The notes under the pieces were generated by a model that saw only the letters and a program-made list of their open reading frames with translations, did no database searches and was not told the origin of the DNA. A DNA stretch of 64,000 bases from Syntrophales bacterium (GTDB lineage Bacteria > Desulfobacterota > Syntrophia > Syntrophales > PHBD01), in assembly GCA_963668175.1 (NCBI GenBank), contig OY764159.1, positions 64,001 through 128,000 of the forward strand, given 5' to 3'. Below, in pieces: positions 9,065-20,423 of the stretch. The position numbers were made by a program, and so were the translations under genes. Each line of letters starts with the position of its first letter. Position 1 is the stretch's first letter.

Positions 9065-10380
9065 TCACTCGATCTTGCCGGATGATCTGCGGGCGGCATT
9101 CAACCGCACGCTGACGGAGTTGCCGTGGCCGTCGAGACCTTCCAGCGCGGCAAAACGGGCCGTCCGGCGCCCGAACTTCTGCAGGGCTTCTTCCGAATAG
9201 GAGAGGACGCTCGTCCGCTTGATGAAATCATAGACGCCCAAGGGGGAAGAAAACCTGGCCGTGCCGCCCGTCGGCAGGATATGATTGGGACCGGCCGTAT
9301 AATCCCCGAATGCCTCCGGTGTATAATGGCCGAGGAAAATGGCACCGGCGTGTCTGATCTTTTCCATGAGCTTCCCGGGATTTTCGACCATCAACTCCAG
9401 GTGTTCCGGTGCAATGTCATTGGAAATACCGGCGGCCTCGTCCAAATCTCCGGCAATAATGACGGCGCCGTGCGATTCCAGCGCCTGCCGGATGATGTCC
9501 TTCTTGGGAAGGCGCTCCAGTTGGGCATTGACGTCCTTTTTCACCTCGGCAGCGTATGACTCGTCGGTTGTAACGAGAATGGCGCGGGCCATTTCGTCGT
9601 GTTCCGCCTGGGCGATCAGGTCCGCAGCCGCAAAAGCGGCCGGTCCCTTGCCGTCGGCGATAATCAAGACTTCGCTGGGACCGGCGATCATGTCGATATC
9701 CACCGCACCGAATACCAGTTTCTTGGCCGCCGCCACATAAGCGTTTCCCGGTCCGACGATCTTATCCACCCGGGGGATGGATTGCGTACCGTAGGCAAGG
9801 GCTGCCACGGCCTGAGCGCCGCCGACCTTGAATATGCGCGTCACACCTCCGATCCGGGCCGCGGCGGCGATCAGGGGATTCAGATTCCGGCTCTTGACAG
9901 GCGAGACGAGAATAATGTCTTCAACGCCGGCAATCACGGCGGGAATCGCCGCCATCAGGACCGTGGACGGATAAATGGCCAGACCGCCCGGGCATAGATA
10001 CCAACCCTATCCAGCGGCCTGACCCTTTGCCCCACGACCAGACCGTTTCGCTCGCGGATTTCATAGTCCCCTGTCTTCTGTTTTCGGTGAAACGCCCGTA
10101 TGCGTTTCGCGGCCAGGGTCAGAATGGCTTTGTCGTTTCTGGAAACCTCCCCTGCCGCTTTGTCCCACTCTTCCTGCGTCACCTCCACCGTGCGGGCGTC
10201 GAGTTCCTGATGATCGAATCTGGCCGTGTACTTAAAGAGGGCCCCGTCGCCGTTTCGGACGACGTCGTCGATGATGGCGCTCACGGACGACCAGATGCCG
10301 GCGTCGAACATCTCCCGACGTTGACTGATTTCTCGAAAGAAAGCGGCGAAACCGCTGTCGGTTGTCCTGATTGTTTTCAT
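9065..10380 (-). pseudogene. hisD: Histidinol dehydrogenase with a 1-nt frameshift near 9990 (true lesion or sequencing error)
   Basis: The N-part MKTIRT...RPLDRVGIYA and the C-part (YPSTVL)MAAIPA...KVGGAQAVAALAYG, GPGNAYV, AGPSE, QAEHD, PEHLEL, GPNHILPT are in different frames. The span is 1316 nt, one short of a multiple of 3. Confidence 0.9.
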
Positions 10381-10394
10381 GTCGTTACTCCTTA

Positions 10395-11645
10395 TCAGAC
10401 CTTGACGCGGACAATGTCTGCCCCCAGGGCGGAAAATTTCTTTTCGATAGCCTCGTATCCACGATCGAGGTGATAAACCCGGGAGACTTCCGTTTTGCCC
10501 TCTGCGGCAAGGCCGGCCAGGATGAGCGACGCCGAGGCGCGTAAATCGGTCGCCATGACCTGGGCACCCTTCAGCCTGGGAATCCCCCGGACAACGGCCG
10601 TATGACCCTGAATCGTGATGTCGGCTCCCATCCGCATAAGTTCGCTCACATGCATGAAGCGATTTTCGAAGACCGTCTCGGAAATGACGCTCAAACCGCC
10701 GGCCATGGCCATGAGCGCCATGATTTGTGCCTGCAGGTCCGTGGCGAATCCGGGAAAGGGGTGGGTCGTCACATCCACGCTTCTGATTGTGCCGGTGCCG
10801 ATCACCCGCATGCCGCCCTCGACCGGCTGAACTTTCATACCCGCATCCCTTAGTTTGGCGGTCAGGGCATCGACGTGCGACGGCTCGCAACCCATGACCC
10901 TGATATCGCCGCCGGTCATGCCGGCCGCGATCATAAAGGTTCCCGCCTCGATACGGTCGGACATCACCTCGGCGTCATAGGGTTTCAGCCGTTTCACCCC
11001 GTCGATGGTAATGATGTCGGTGCCGGCGCCGCGAATATTGGCCCCCATGCCGTTGAGGACCTCAGCCAAATTGACGATTTCGGGCTCGCGGGCGGCATTT
11101 TTCAGGACGGTTGTCCCGTCGGCCAAAGCCGCGGCCATCATGATATTTTCCGTGCCCGTCACCGTCACGGGATCGAAAAAGATCGTCGCCCCATGCAGCC
11201 TTTTGACATTGGCGACGACATAACCGTCTTTCAAGTCGATTTTCGCCCCCATATCCTCCAGGGCCTTGATATGGAGGTTAACCGGCCTGGCGCCTATGGC
11301 GCAGCCGCCGGGAAGGGACACGCGCGCCTCCCCGGTCCGCGCCACCAATGGGCCCAGAACCAGGATGGAAGCCCGCATGGTCTTCACCAACTCGTAAGAG
11401 GCTTCCGTATTCGATATGTTGCCCGCGTTGATCCGCAAAGGGGGCCCTTCGTCGATCTCGACGCCGAAACTCTTGAGCAGTTTCTTTGTCGTCTGGATAT
11501 CCACCAGATTGGGGATGTTGTGACACGTATTCCATCCGTCGGTCAGAAGCGAAGCAATCATGATCGGCAGGGCGGCGTTTTTCGCGCCGCTGACGCGGAC
11601 ATCACCTTCCAGTCTATGTCCGCCGTTGATAACGATTTTATCCAT
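10395..11645 (-). CDS. murA: UDP-N-acetylglucosamine 1-carboxyvinyltransferase
   Basis: [51 protein letters not shown]. Confidence 0.98.
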   Translation of the reverse strand: MDKIVINGGHRLEGDVRVSGAKNAALPIMIASLLTDGWNTCHNIPNLVDIQTTKKLLKSFGVEIDEGPPLRINAGNISNTEASYELVKTMRASILVLGPLVARTGEARVSLPGGCAIGARPVNLHIKALEDMGAKIDLKDGYVVANVKRLHGATIFFDPVTVTGTENIMMAAALADGTTVLKNAAREPEIVNLAEVLNGMGANIRGAGTDIITIDGVKRLKPYDAEVMSDRIEAGTFMIAAGMTGGDIRVMGCEPSHVDALTAKLRDAGMKVQPVEGGMRVIGTGTIRSVDVTTHPFPGFATDLQAQIMALMAMAGGLSVISETVFENRFMHVSELMRMGADITIQGHTAVVRGIPRLKGAQVMATDLRASASLILAGLAAEGKTEVSRVYHLDRGYEAIEKKFSALGADIVRVKV

Positions 11646-11648
11646 AAA

Positions 11649-12497
11649 TCAGCACTTCCTTCCTTTGGCAACACGGTCGATGCCCGAATAATTCTTGCGA
11701 AAATCTATGGAATCGTACTGGTTCGATTCCCGAAACAGCTTCTCGATATGTGCCCTCTGACTATTGCCGATTTCCATAAACAACCAGCCGCCTTTTTTCA
11801 ATAAATATCTTGCGCCCGTGATGAGTTCCCCGTGAAATGCCGTACCGTCACCGGGAGCGCGAAGAGCCGTCTCCGGTTCATAACCGGCCACGTCGACAGG
11901 AAGATTGCGGAATTCGGCATCGGCAATGTATGGCGGGTTGGAGACGACAACATCGAACCGGCCGGACACGGGCTGGCACATGTCCCCGACAAGGAAAGCA
12001 ATCCGGTCGCCAACTCCGAGTCTCCGGGCATTGTGGCCGGCTATTTGAACGGCAGCCGGGGAAATATCCGTGGCCACAATGAAAGCCCCTTTGATCTCGC
12101 GGGCCAGCGTAATACTGATTGCGCCGCTGCCGGTGCCTATCTCGAGGATTCTGCAATCCCCCGCACAATGCTTCGCCTCCGCGAGGACTTCTTCAACGAT
12201 GATTTCCGTATCCGGTCTCGGAATGAGGACGGCGGGGGTTACGTCAAACGTGAGGGACCAGAACTCCTTGCTTCCGACGATATAGGCGACGGGTTCCCTC
12301 CGCAGCCTGCGTTCGACCCAGCGGGCGAATCCGCTCAACGCATCCGCCGGCAACGCTCTGTCGTTCCGGGTGTATAGATCCGTACGATTGATTTGCAGAT
12401 AGCGGGAGAGAAGGACTTCGGCATCAAGGCGGGCACTGAGGATGCCTTCAATTTCGAAGCTGCGGGCGGTCCCGGCCAGAAGTTCCCCAACATTCAT
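11649..12497 (-). CDS. prmC: Release factor glutamine methyltransferase
   Basis: EPVAYIVG, LIPRPDTE, IGTGSGAI, SNPPYI; follows prfA. Confidence 0.96.
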   Translation of the reverse strand: MNVGELLAGTARSFEIEGILSARLDAEVLLSRYLQINRTDLYTRNDRALPADALSGFARWVERRLRREPVAYIVGSKEFWSLTFDVTPAVLIPRPDTEIIVEEVLAEAKHCAGDCRILEIGTGSGAISITLAREIKGAFIVATDISPAAVQIAGHNARRLGVGDRIAFLVGDMCQPVSGRFDVVVSNPPYIADAEFRNLPVDVAGYEPETALRAPGDGTAFHGELITGARYLLKKGGWLFMEIGNSQRAHIEKLFRESNQYDSIDFRKNYSGIDRVAKGRKC

Positions 12498-12559
12498 CGC
12501 CGTCTCTATGATCTCCGAATGTCACTGGCGGATGGTCCCAAAGGCCGCGGCGGACTTTG

Positions 12560-13630
12560 TCATGCCGCCGACTGTTTCAGCGCTTCCGTCTGGAAATGGG
12601 TTGTAAGGCCGTCGATAACCGTCTGGATATCTCCGTTGATGAAGTTCTCCAGATTGTAGAGGGTCATCCCGATGCGGTGGTCCGTCACCCGGCCCTGCGG
12701 GAAGTTGTACGTCCTGATCCGTTCGCTCCGGTCGCCGCTTCCGACCTGGCTCTTTCTGGCTTCCGAAATCTCCGCATTCTGCTTCTGGATCATGGCGTCG
12801 AGCAATCGTGCTCTCAAGACTTTCATGGCCTTGGCTTTATTCTTCAGCTGCGACTTCTCGTCCTGGCAGGTGACGACCAGCCCCGTGGGCAGATGGGTAA
12901 TGCGCACCGCAGAGTCCGTCGTATTGACGCTCTGCCCCCCGTGGCCGCTTGAATGGTACACGTCGATCCTCAATTCGTTCGGATCGATGGATACTTCGAC
13001 CTCTTCAGCTTCAGGGAGAATGGCCACGGTCACGGCCGACGTGTGAATCCGTCCCTGAGCTTCCGTAACGGGAACCCGCTGTACCCTGTGGACGCCGCTT
13101 TCATACTTTAACCGGCTGTAAGCGCCCTTCCCCTCGATCAGGGCTATGATCTCCTTAAAGCCGCCGATACCGCTGGAAGGCGTGCTGCTGATGATTTCCA
13201 CTTTCCATCGGTTCCCTTCCGCATATCGGGCATACATCCGAAAAAGGTCCGCCGCAAACAATCCGGCTTCGTCACCGCCTGTTCCCGCCCTGATTTCCAG
13301 AAAGACGTTCTTGTCGTCGTTGGGATCCTTGGGAAGGAGAAGACGTCTTAAGTGGTCTTCCAGAGTGGCCTGTTTCTCCTTGAGTCCCGGCATCTCTTCC
13401 TTGACGATCTCTTTCAACTCCTCGTCGGTACCCCGGAGAAGGTTCTGTCCCTCCTCGATCTCGGCGACCGTCTTTTCATAGGCCTCATAGGTGGCCACGA
13501 GTTCACGGAGATCGGCATGCTCCTTGGCGTATTTCTGGTAAACGTTCTGCTTGCTGATCACCTCGGGATCGCTGAGCAGCTTCTCCAATTCCTGATGACG
13601 CAAGACGATATCTTTCAGTTTGCCAAACAT
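12560..13630 (-). CDS. prfA: Peptide chain release factor 1
   Basis: [18 protein letters not shown] (PxT motif), [15 protein letters not shown]; start MFGKLK. Confidence 0.97.
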   Translation of the reverse strand: MFGKLKDIVLRHQELEKLLSDPEVISKQNVYQKYAKEHADLRELVATYEAYEKTVAEIEEGQNLLRGTDEELKEIVKEEMPGLKEKQATLEDHLRRLLLPKDPNDDKNVFLEIRAGTGGDEAGLFAADLFRMYARYAEGNRWKVEIISSTPSSGIGGFKEIIALIEGKGAYSRLKYESGVHRVQRVPVTEAQGRIHTSAVTVAILPEAEEVEVSIDPNELRIDVYHSSGHGGQSVNTTDSAVRITHLPTGLVVTCQDEKSQLKNKAKAMKVLRARLLDAMIQKQNAEISEARKSQVGSGDRSERIRTYNFPQGRVTDHRIGMTLYNLENFINGDIQTVIDGLTTHFQTEALKQSAA

Positions 13631-13798
13631 AGTCCCTACGAATAAATGTCGGCATTTCGCCGGCTTGAAATGTTCGGTTGTGGGGAAGTTGCCCTCAGTG
13701 GAAGATGCGGGCACCTGACTATCGGGAAAAGAAGCAGGCAGGGGAACTCCGCTCTCTCGTTAAGGCGTTCCCCGGAGATAATGCATGCGACGGATCGG

Positions 13799-14032
13799 TT
13801 ACTTGGCTTTTTTCGTCTTGCTTGCCTTAGCTTCCTGGCCCGCGTACTTCTTGTTGAAACGTTCGACGCGTCCCGCCGTATCCATGATCTTCTGCTTGCC
13901 GGTCATGAAGGGGTGGCACTGGGAGCAGATTTCAACCTTGATCTCCGGTTTGGTCGACCTGGTCTCAAAGACATTGCCGCATACGCAGGTAACGGTCGCT
14001 TTATTATATTCGGGATGAATACCTTCTTTCAT
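13799..14032 (-). CDS. rpmE: 50S ribosomal protein L31, zinc-binding type
   Basis: [31 protein letters not shown]. Confidence 0.98.
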   Translation of the reverse strand: MKEGIHPEYNKATVTCVCGNVFETRSTKPEIKVEICSQCHPFMTGKQKIMDTAGRVERFNKKYAGQEAKASKTKKAK

Positions 14033-14085
14033 GGCGAATCGTAATCCTCCTTAACGATACTTGATAATTTTCCACAAGGGGTCGC

Positions 14086-14113
14086 ATTATAAGCATCCGT
14101 TCCAAAATTTCAA
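14086..14113 (-). promoter_or_regulatory. Putative sigma70 promoter of rpmE
   Basis: TTGAAA-16 nt-TATAAT on the minus strand, about 55 nt before the start. Confidence 0.55.
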
Positions 14114-14146
14114 GGAATATTTCGGACGCCTGTGCGGATTGCCCGT

Positions 14147-15394
14147 CTATTGATTCATGGAATCCAGGAATATCTGATTGCTGTCCGTCTTTCTGATCTT
14201 ATCAATGATGAATTCCATGGCGTCGATGGGATTCATCTCCTGGAGAAGCCGTCTTAATATCCAGATACGGTTGAGATTGGCTTTGGGGATCAGCAGCTCT
14301 TCCTTTCTCGTCCCGGAGCGGATCAGGTCGAAGGCGGGAAAGACCCTTCTGTCTGCGATGCGCCGGTCGAGGTGCAATTCCATGTTGCCCGTTCCCTTGA
14401 ATTCTTCAAAAATGACTTCGTCCATCCGACTGCCGGTATCGATGAGAGCGGTGGCGATAATGGTCAGGCTGCCGCCGTTTTCGATGTTACGGGCAGCACC
14501 GAAAAAGCGCTTCGGCTTATGGAGTGCATTCGAGTCGACGCCGCCGGAGAGGACCTTGCCGCTCGGGGGAACGACGGTGTTGTATGCCCGGGCCAGCCTC
14601 GTGATGCTGTCCAGCAGGATAACCACGTCTTTCTTGTGCTCGACGAGCCTTTTTGCTTTTTCTATAACCATTTCGGCAACTTGAACGTGGCGCGTGGCCG
14701 GTTCGTCGAATGTCGAGGAGATGACTTCCCCGGATACCCCCCGCTGCATGTCCGTCACTTCTTCAGGACGTTCGTCAATCAGCAGCACCATCAGGATCAC
14801 TTCCTTGTGATTCGTCGTGATGCTGCGGGCAATGTCCTGCAGAAGGACCGTCTTTCCTGCCCTGGGCGGAGATACGATAAGCGCCCGCTGCCCCTTTCCG
14901 ATCGGGGTGAAAAGATCCATGGTCCTGGTAGACAGGTTCTCCGGATCGACTTCAAGGCCAAGCTTTTCATCGGGGTACAGGGGGGTCAGGTTGTCGAAGA
15001 GTATTTTGTCCCTGGTGCCGTCGGGACTTTCAAAGTTGACCATGTCCACTTTGAGCAGGGCGAAATATTTTTCCCCTTCCTTCGGAGGCCTGACCTCGCC
15101 GGATACCGTATCGCCGGTTCTTAAGTTGAAGCGGCGTATTTGCGAAGGCGAAATATAAATATCGTCTGGACTGGGCAGATAGTTATAATCGACGGCACGG
15201 AGGAATCCGAAACCATCCGGCAGGATTTCCAGGACGCCGGCGCCCGATATGACCCCGTTCTTTTCAGCCTGTGCCTGCAGGATGGAAAAGATGAGATCCT
15301 GCCTCCTCATGCCGCTCGCCCCGGGGACATTCAGATCTTTGGCCAGGTTGGTCAATTCGCTGATAGGAAGCCTTTTAATGTCTTCGATGTTCAT
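14147..15394 (-). CDS. rho: Transcription termination factor Rho
   Basis: [49 protein letters not shown]. Confidence 0.99.
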   Translation of the reverse strand: MNIEDIKRLPISELTNLAKDLNVPGASGMRRQDLIFSILQAQAEKNGVISGAGVLEILPDGFGFLRAVDYNYLPSPDDIYISPSQIRRFNLRTGDTVSGEVRPPKEGEKYFALLKVDMVNFESPDGTRDKILFDNLTPLYPDEKLGLEVDPENLSTRTMDLFTPIGKGQRALIVSPPRAGKTVLLQDIARSITTNHKEVILMVLLIDERPEEVTDMQRGVSGEVISSTFDEPATRHVQVAEMVIEKAKRLVEHKKDVVILLDSITRLARAYNTVVPPSGKVLSGGVDSNALHKPKRFFGAARNIENGGSLTIIATALIDTGSRMDEVIFEEFKGTGNMELHLDRRIADRRVFPAFDLIRSGTRKEELLIPKANLNRIWILRRLLQEMNPIDAMEFIIDKIRKTDSNQIFLDSMNQ

Positions 15395-15898
15395 ATTGAT
15401 GCCTTTGAAATAGTCCTTTCTCTTTGCAGAATATACAGCAGCGCGCTTCTTTCAGGATAAGCCCATCCTGTTGAGCATCAAGAAACGGTACCCCATCATT
15501 TTCCAGAATTTGCCATGCATGAACGATAGAAGAATATCGTGGAATAATACAGGCTGCTACGTAAGAACGCTTGAAACATCTCGTTTTAGGAAGGGCCTCG
15601 CGCGTACCTTATATGCTGTAGAGCACTCCCCTACCCTAAGATTCTTGATATGTCAAGGATTTTTTACCACCCAACACGGTATTCGTGCACCAGACTATTT
15701 TGATAGATAAATTGTCGACAGGAAATGAAGCGAATAGTCCAATTCACCGGGCAAGTCGTTTCTTGCGTTGTTCAACCCTAGGGAAGTATAATAATACAAT
15801 TGTTTGTACAAGTTCAAGTAAAATTTTGTGCTATTTCAGAAACCTGCCCGGAATATCCCGATTTTACAGACCAAAAACGCATAAAATCCGTATCACGT

Positions 15899-16735
15899 CT
15901 ATGCCCGGTCCCCTCGGAGCATCAGGAAATTCAGTTGCCTCCCTGTCTTTCCCGATTCACCCCGGTGGGAATAAAACAGATCGGGCAGACAGGAAGTACA
16001 AAGACCGGACATTTCGATATTTTCCGGGCTCAAACCCGCTTCAAGAAGATGCCGTCGATTCAGGGAAGGCAGATCGAGCATCCACCGGCCGTCTTCCTTG
16101 CAGGCCCGGAAATACGGACCCGCGCCGCCGTCGGGTCCCATGGCACGAACGACCTGTTCGTCGACCTGATAACAGCAGGGACCGATCGACGGACCAATCG
16201 CGGCGATCATATCCTCCGTTTCCGACAAAAAATCTTCCCTGAACCGCATGACGGCTTTCGCCGCTATCTTAAGGGCCGTCCCTCTCCATCCGGCATGAAC
16301 GACACAGACGATGCGTTTGATCCTGTCGACGATCAGGACGGGAACACAGTCCGCCGTTTTGATGCCGACGGCGATCCCCGTCTGGTTGGTGATGATGCCG
16401 TCGTACTCTGGGAGTTTGCCCTCAGGTATCCGGAAATCGGGTTCTTTTATGACGAGGATGCCGTCGCCGTGAATCTGCCTGACTGTAAGGAACTGTTCCG
16501 GAGACACGGCGAATGCTGCGGCTGTGATCTGATAATTTTTTTTAACATGCTCTTCCGGATCGCCTTCTCTGACACTGAAGTTTAAACTGCTGTAGCAGCC
16601 GCCGCTCGCACCGCCGATACGTGTGGTGAAGGCATGGGTCAGGAAAGGGAGGGTCTGCAATTGAGGGGATTGATAGTAGGTAAGCCCCCGTTCACCTGAA
16701 GTTGTACCGGGGAGGGATATTTGAACAAAGGACAT
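15899..16735 (-). CDS. pgeF: Peptidoglycan editing factor PgeF (YfiH family)
   Basis: HAFTTRIGG, QIHG, TADCVPV, HAGWRG, GPSIGPCCY, FYSHR; adjacent to rluD. Confidence 0.93.
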   Translation of the reverse strand: MSFVQISLPGTTSGERGLTYYQSPQLQTLPFLTHAFTTRIGGASGGCYSSLNFSVREGDPEEHVKKNYQITAAAFAVSPEQFLTVRQIHGDGILVIKEPDFRIPEGKLPEYDGIITNQTGIAVGIKTADCVPVLIVDRIKRIVCVVHAGWRGTALKIAAKAVMRFREDFLSETEDMIAAIGPSIGPCCYQVDEQVVRAMGPDGGAGPYFRACKEDGRWMLDLPSLNRRHLLEAGLSPENIEMSGLCTSCLPDLFYSHRGESGKTGRQLNFLMLRGDRA

Positions 16736-16845
16736 ACGATCACCGTTTCGTCAAAAGACATAGAATGCCGGACCGCTCCATGTCAATCACAAACGAAGAT
16801 CCGCCATATTCCGCGGTATCGTCTTCGACAACCGGTACAGGCCGA

Positions 16846-17811
16846 CTATGCGGAGTCATGTCTCTTCAATGACGAACACAGTTCCGCCATGTCGGCAGGC
16901 AGAGGCGAGACAAACTCCAGCCATTGGCCGGTCACCGGATGCATAAAGGAAAGTCGGCTGGCGTGGAGGGCTTGCCTGGCCATATTCTTCAGTATTTGTG
17001 CCGCATCGGAACTTCTATGCTCCCTACCGCTTCCCTTCTTGCCGTAAACAGCATCCCCGATCACCGGATAGCCCAGGGCATTCAGATGGACTCTGATCTG
17101 GTGGGTCCGTCCCGTTTCGATATCGACCTCAAGGAGGGTGGCCGCCCCATACCTTTCGCAAACACGCCAGCGGGAAAGAGCCGATCTTCCCCTCCGGCTT
17201 CTGACAGACATTTTTTTTCTGTCGACGGGATGCCGTCCGACCGGCAAGTCGACAACACCGTGTTCCTCCTTGACATCTCCATGGACAAGCACCTGGTAGG
17301 TCTTCTTGATGCGATGCTCCTTGAACTGGGCGGCAAGGCCTCGATGGGCATCGTCTGCCTTGGCGATAACGATCAGACCGGACGTGTCCTTGTCGAGACG
17401 ATGAACAATCCCCGGTCGCAGCACACCGCCGATTCCCGACAGGTCGCGGCAATGGAAAAGGACGGCATTGACAAGGGTCCCGGAGCAATGGCCCGGCGCC
17501 GGATGGACCACCATGCCGACCGGCTTGTCGACGACAAGAAGGTGCGTATCCTCATATACGATGCGAAGGGGGATATCCTCGGGAAGGACTTCACAGTTCG
17601 TCGGTTCCGGTCTCGAGAGACGGACGGCGTCGCCGATCTTTAAACGCTGCCCGGCCTTCGCCTTCTTACGGTTGACGGTCACCATCCCGTCGCTCACCGC
17701 CTTGGCAAGCTGTGAACGCGACATGGCCGGTTCTCTCCCCGCCAGGAAGATATCGAGGCGCAAATCCTTTTCCCGCTCGGCGACGATGAATTCGTGGATG
17801 GTGTCCGTCAT
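16846..17811 (-). CDS. rluD: RluA-family 23S rRNA pseudouridine synthase with S4 domain
   Basis: RLDIFL, KPVGMVVHP, IVHRLDKDTSG, TGRTHQIRVH, RQALHA. Confidence 0.92.
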   Translation of the reverse strand: MTDTIHEFIVAEREKDLRLDIFLAGREPAMSRSQLAKAVSDGMVTVNRKKAKAGQRLKIGDAVRLSRPEPTNCEVLPEDIPLRIVYEDTHLLVVDKPVGMVVHPAPGHCSGTLVNAVLFHCRDLSGIGGVLRPGIVHRLDKDTSGLIVIAKADDAHRGLAAQFKEHRIKKTYQVLVHGDVKEEHGVVDLPVGRHPVDRKKMSVRSRRGRSALSRWRVCERYGAATLLEVDIETGRTHQIRVHLNALGYPVIGDAVYGKKGSGREHRSSDAAQILKNMARQALHASRLSFMHPVTGQWLEFVSPLPADMAELCSSLKRHDSA

Positions 17812-19232
17812 GGGCTGGCGATACTCTTCAGGCCGTCCCTGATGAAAGGCATTTCCTCGTCGGCGATCGTCCTGAGATCGAACAGGATTTCATCGTCGGC
17901 GATCCTGGCGATGATCGGCGTATCGAGTCTCCGGAGCCGTGCGTCGAGGATATTCGGCGAATGCGAGTCGGATTGAACCGCAATCAGAACCGTCGGGATT
18001 TCCCTGGTTGGCAGAGCGCCGCCGCCCGTCAACGACGACCCTGCTCTGACGGTAAAACGGATACCGGGAATGCCGGCCCTTTTCAACGCGGCCGAGAGCC
18101 GCTTGGCGCGTTTTTTGACGTCCGCAATCGGTTCCGTCAGGGCATTAAGGACACGCAGCGATCTGACAGCCTTTTCAGGCTGGAGATATTGCATCATGGT
18201 CGCTTCCAGCGCGGCAAGGGTAAGTTTGTCGATCCTGAGCGCCCGGTTGAGAGGGTTCTTCTTAATCTGCGCCAGGATACGCTTCCGGCCGAGAATGATA
18301 CCTGCCTGGGGACCGCCAAGGAGCTTGTCGCCGCTGAAGGTGATCACATCGACGCCGCTTGATATCACATTCGGGACTGTCGGTTCGCTGTCCAGGCCGA
18401 ATCGCTCCAGGTCAAGGAAGCAACCGCTGCCCAGATCGTGCATCACAGGAATGCCGCATTTCTTACCGAGGGCAACCAGATCGTCCAGCCCCGTCTCCTC
18501 CGTGAAGCCGACGATACGAAAATTGCTCGTATGGACCTTCAGGATCAGGCTCGTCTCGGGATTGACGGCGTTTTCATAATCCGCCAGGCGCGTGCGATTC
18601 GTAGCGCCGACCTCTCTCAGCCGGGCACCGCTCTTTTCCATGATTTCGGGAATGCGGAATTCGCCGCCGATCTCCACCAATTCTCCGCGGGAAACGATCG
18701 CCTCCTTGCCCTGGGCGAGGGTATTCAGGCAGAGCAGGACGGCCGCGGCATTGTTATTGACGACCAGGGCGTCTTCCGCCCCGGAAAGGACGCAGAGGAT
18801 GTTTTGTACATGGTCGTACCGGAGACCTCGCCTGCCTTGATCAAGGTCATACTCCAGATTCGAATAACCGGCGCCCACGGCGGTTATTCGCTCCAGGGCT
18901 TCAGGGCAGAGCGGCGCCCTCCCCAGATTCGTGTGGATAATGATCCCGGTGGCGTTGACCACACGGCGAAGCCGGTGACGATGAAAATCGTTCAGGGCGG
19001 AGACCGCCTTGTCCAATACACGATCCAGGGCTGGAATTCTTATATTATCCGGGTTGCTTTCATTCTCCAGGATCGTCTTTCTCATGTCGTCCACGATCAT
19101 CCGGCACACCGCCTTCGCAATGTCCCGGGGAATCTTCGCCAGGGCATTCATGCCTTCCAGCTTGAGCATCATGTCGTCGATTTTGGGAAGACCTCTTAGC
19201 AACGCCTGTCTCGCCTGATCCATGGCTTCCAT
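17808..19232 (-). CDS. selA: L-seryl-tRNA(Sec) selenium transferase
   Basis: NATGIIIHTNLGRA, NLEYDL, VNNNAAA, SRGELVEIGG, FSGDKLLGGPQAG. Confidence 0.97.
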   Translation of the reverse strand: MEAMDQARQALLRGLPKIDDMMLKLEGMNALAKIPRDIAKAVCRMIVDDMRKTILENESNPDNIRIPALDRVLDKAVSALNDFHRHRLRRVVNATGIIIHTNLGRAPLCPEALERITAVGAGYSNLEYDLDQGRRGLRYDHVQNILCVLSGAEDALVVNNNAAAVLLCLNTLAQGKEAIVSRGELVEIGGEFRIPEIMEKSGARLREVGATNRTRLADYENAVNPETSLILKVHTSNFRIVGFTEETGLDDLVALGKKCGIPVMHDLGSGCFLDLERFGLDSEPTVPNVISSGVDVITFSGDKLLGGPQAGIILGRKRILAQIKKNPLNRALRIDKLTLAALEATMMQYLQPEKAVRSLRVLNALTEPIADVKKRAKRLSAALKRAGIPGIRFTVRAGSSLTGGGALPTREIPTVLIAVQSDSHSPNILDARLRRLDTPIIARIADDEILFDLRTIADEEMPFIRDGLKSIASP

Positions 19233-19485
19233 CCTGTCCTTATGCCGTTGCGGAGAAAAAATCCCGGATTTGAATCCGTCACGCCGCCGCCCCTCGCGGA
19301 CACCCTGTGTCCATATCTCGGCCGCGCAGCATCACACCATCCGTATAATCATTAATGTTTCGATAACATGTCCCGAGTGTCTTGTAAAGTCCGGTCTCAT
19401 TTATTGCATTGATAAAGCCGGATTCCGAAAACGAATACTGGATTGAATCCTTGAATTTATTCACGGCAAAAGGTAATAATAGAAC

Positions 19486-20238
19486 ATGATTGTAAAAACA
19501 CCTGTCAAACCCAAGGAGGCCTCGACGGTCATTCTGCTTCGGCCGAGTTCGGGCCATGCCAAGACCGGCTTTGAGGTTTTAATGGTTTTACGGCATCCGG
19601 ACAGCTCCTTCGTTCCCGATTCCTACGTTTTTCCAGGCGGCAGTCTGGAAGAAAGCGATTGCACAGAGGACATGGCGGCCCTCTGTTCGGGAATAGACCG
19701 GCAGCAGGCGAGAGCGATACTCGACGGAATGCCGGCAGCAGACGAAGCTCTGGGTGCCTGGGTTTCCGCCATCCGGGAAACGTTTGAAGAAGTCGGACTG
19801 CTCCTGGCCTACCGGGAAGACGGAACGCTGCTCGATTTCCGGTCCTCCGAGGAAAGTGACCGTTTCCGCCTTTATCGGAATCATTTAATGGAAAACCGGA
19901 TGTCCTTTTTCGATATCCTCATTCAAGAACGGCTGACTCTGGCTGCGGACCGTCTCCATTATTTCTCCCACTGGATCACACCCTGGTTTCTGCCGATCCG
20001 CTACGATGCGAGATTCTTTGTGGCCGCCGCGCCAGCCAACCAGAAAACCCAGCCTGACGGCGTCGAACTTATAAAACACGTTTGGATATCTCCCCATGAA
20101 TTGCTGGAAGGTGCAAGACGAAGGCAGTACGACATGGTGGAACCGACGATGTTCACCATTATGGAGATCGCCGAATTTTCGAGCATACGGGAAGTCATCT
20201 CATCGACAACGGGAAAGAGAATAGCGGCCAGGTCATAG
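19486..20238 (+). CDS. NUDIX hydrolase (NUDT19-like)
   Basis: VFPGG...AIRETFEEVG with insertion, HWITP, RYDARFF. Confidence 0.85.
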   Translation: MIVKTPVKPKEASTVILLRPSSGHAKTGFEVLMVLRHPDSSFVPDSYVFPGGSLEESDCTEDMAALCSGIDRQQARAILDGMPAADEALGAWVSAIRETFEEVGLLLAYREDGTLLDFRSSEESDRFRLYRNHLMENRMSFFDILIQERLTLAADRLHYFSHWITPWFLPIRYDARFFVAAAPANQKTQPDGVELIKHVWISPHELLEGARRRQYDMVEPTMFTIMEIAEFSSIREVISSTTGKRIAARS

Positions 20239-20423
20239 AACGTAGCGTGCCCGGCATATGCCCTCGCCCTTGACCATTCAGGATCGATCATGATATCCGG
20301 TGGATACGTTTCAAGAAGTTTTCCGTCAGAGAATAGGTCCTATATCCACTTATGGGGCTTCTGATCGTCCCTGATCGATTAGAAGGCGATCCGGACCACC
20401 ACCATTCTTTTTTGAGGCGATCC

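Noticed and set aside
19255..19320. GGATTCAAATCC on the minus strand upstream of selA, resembling the tRNA-Sec anticodon arm
   Set aside because: No acceptor stem, D arm or T loop can be built around it; it is only a small hairpin.
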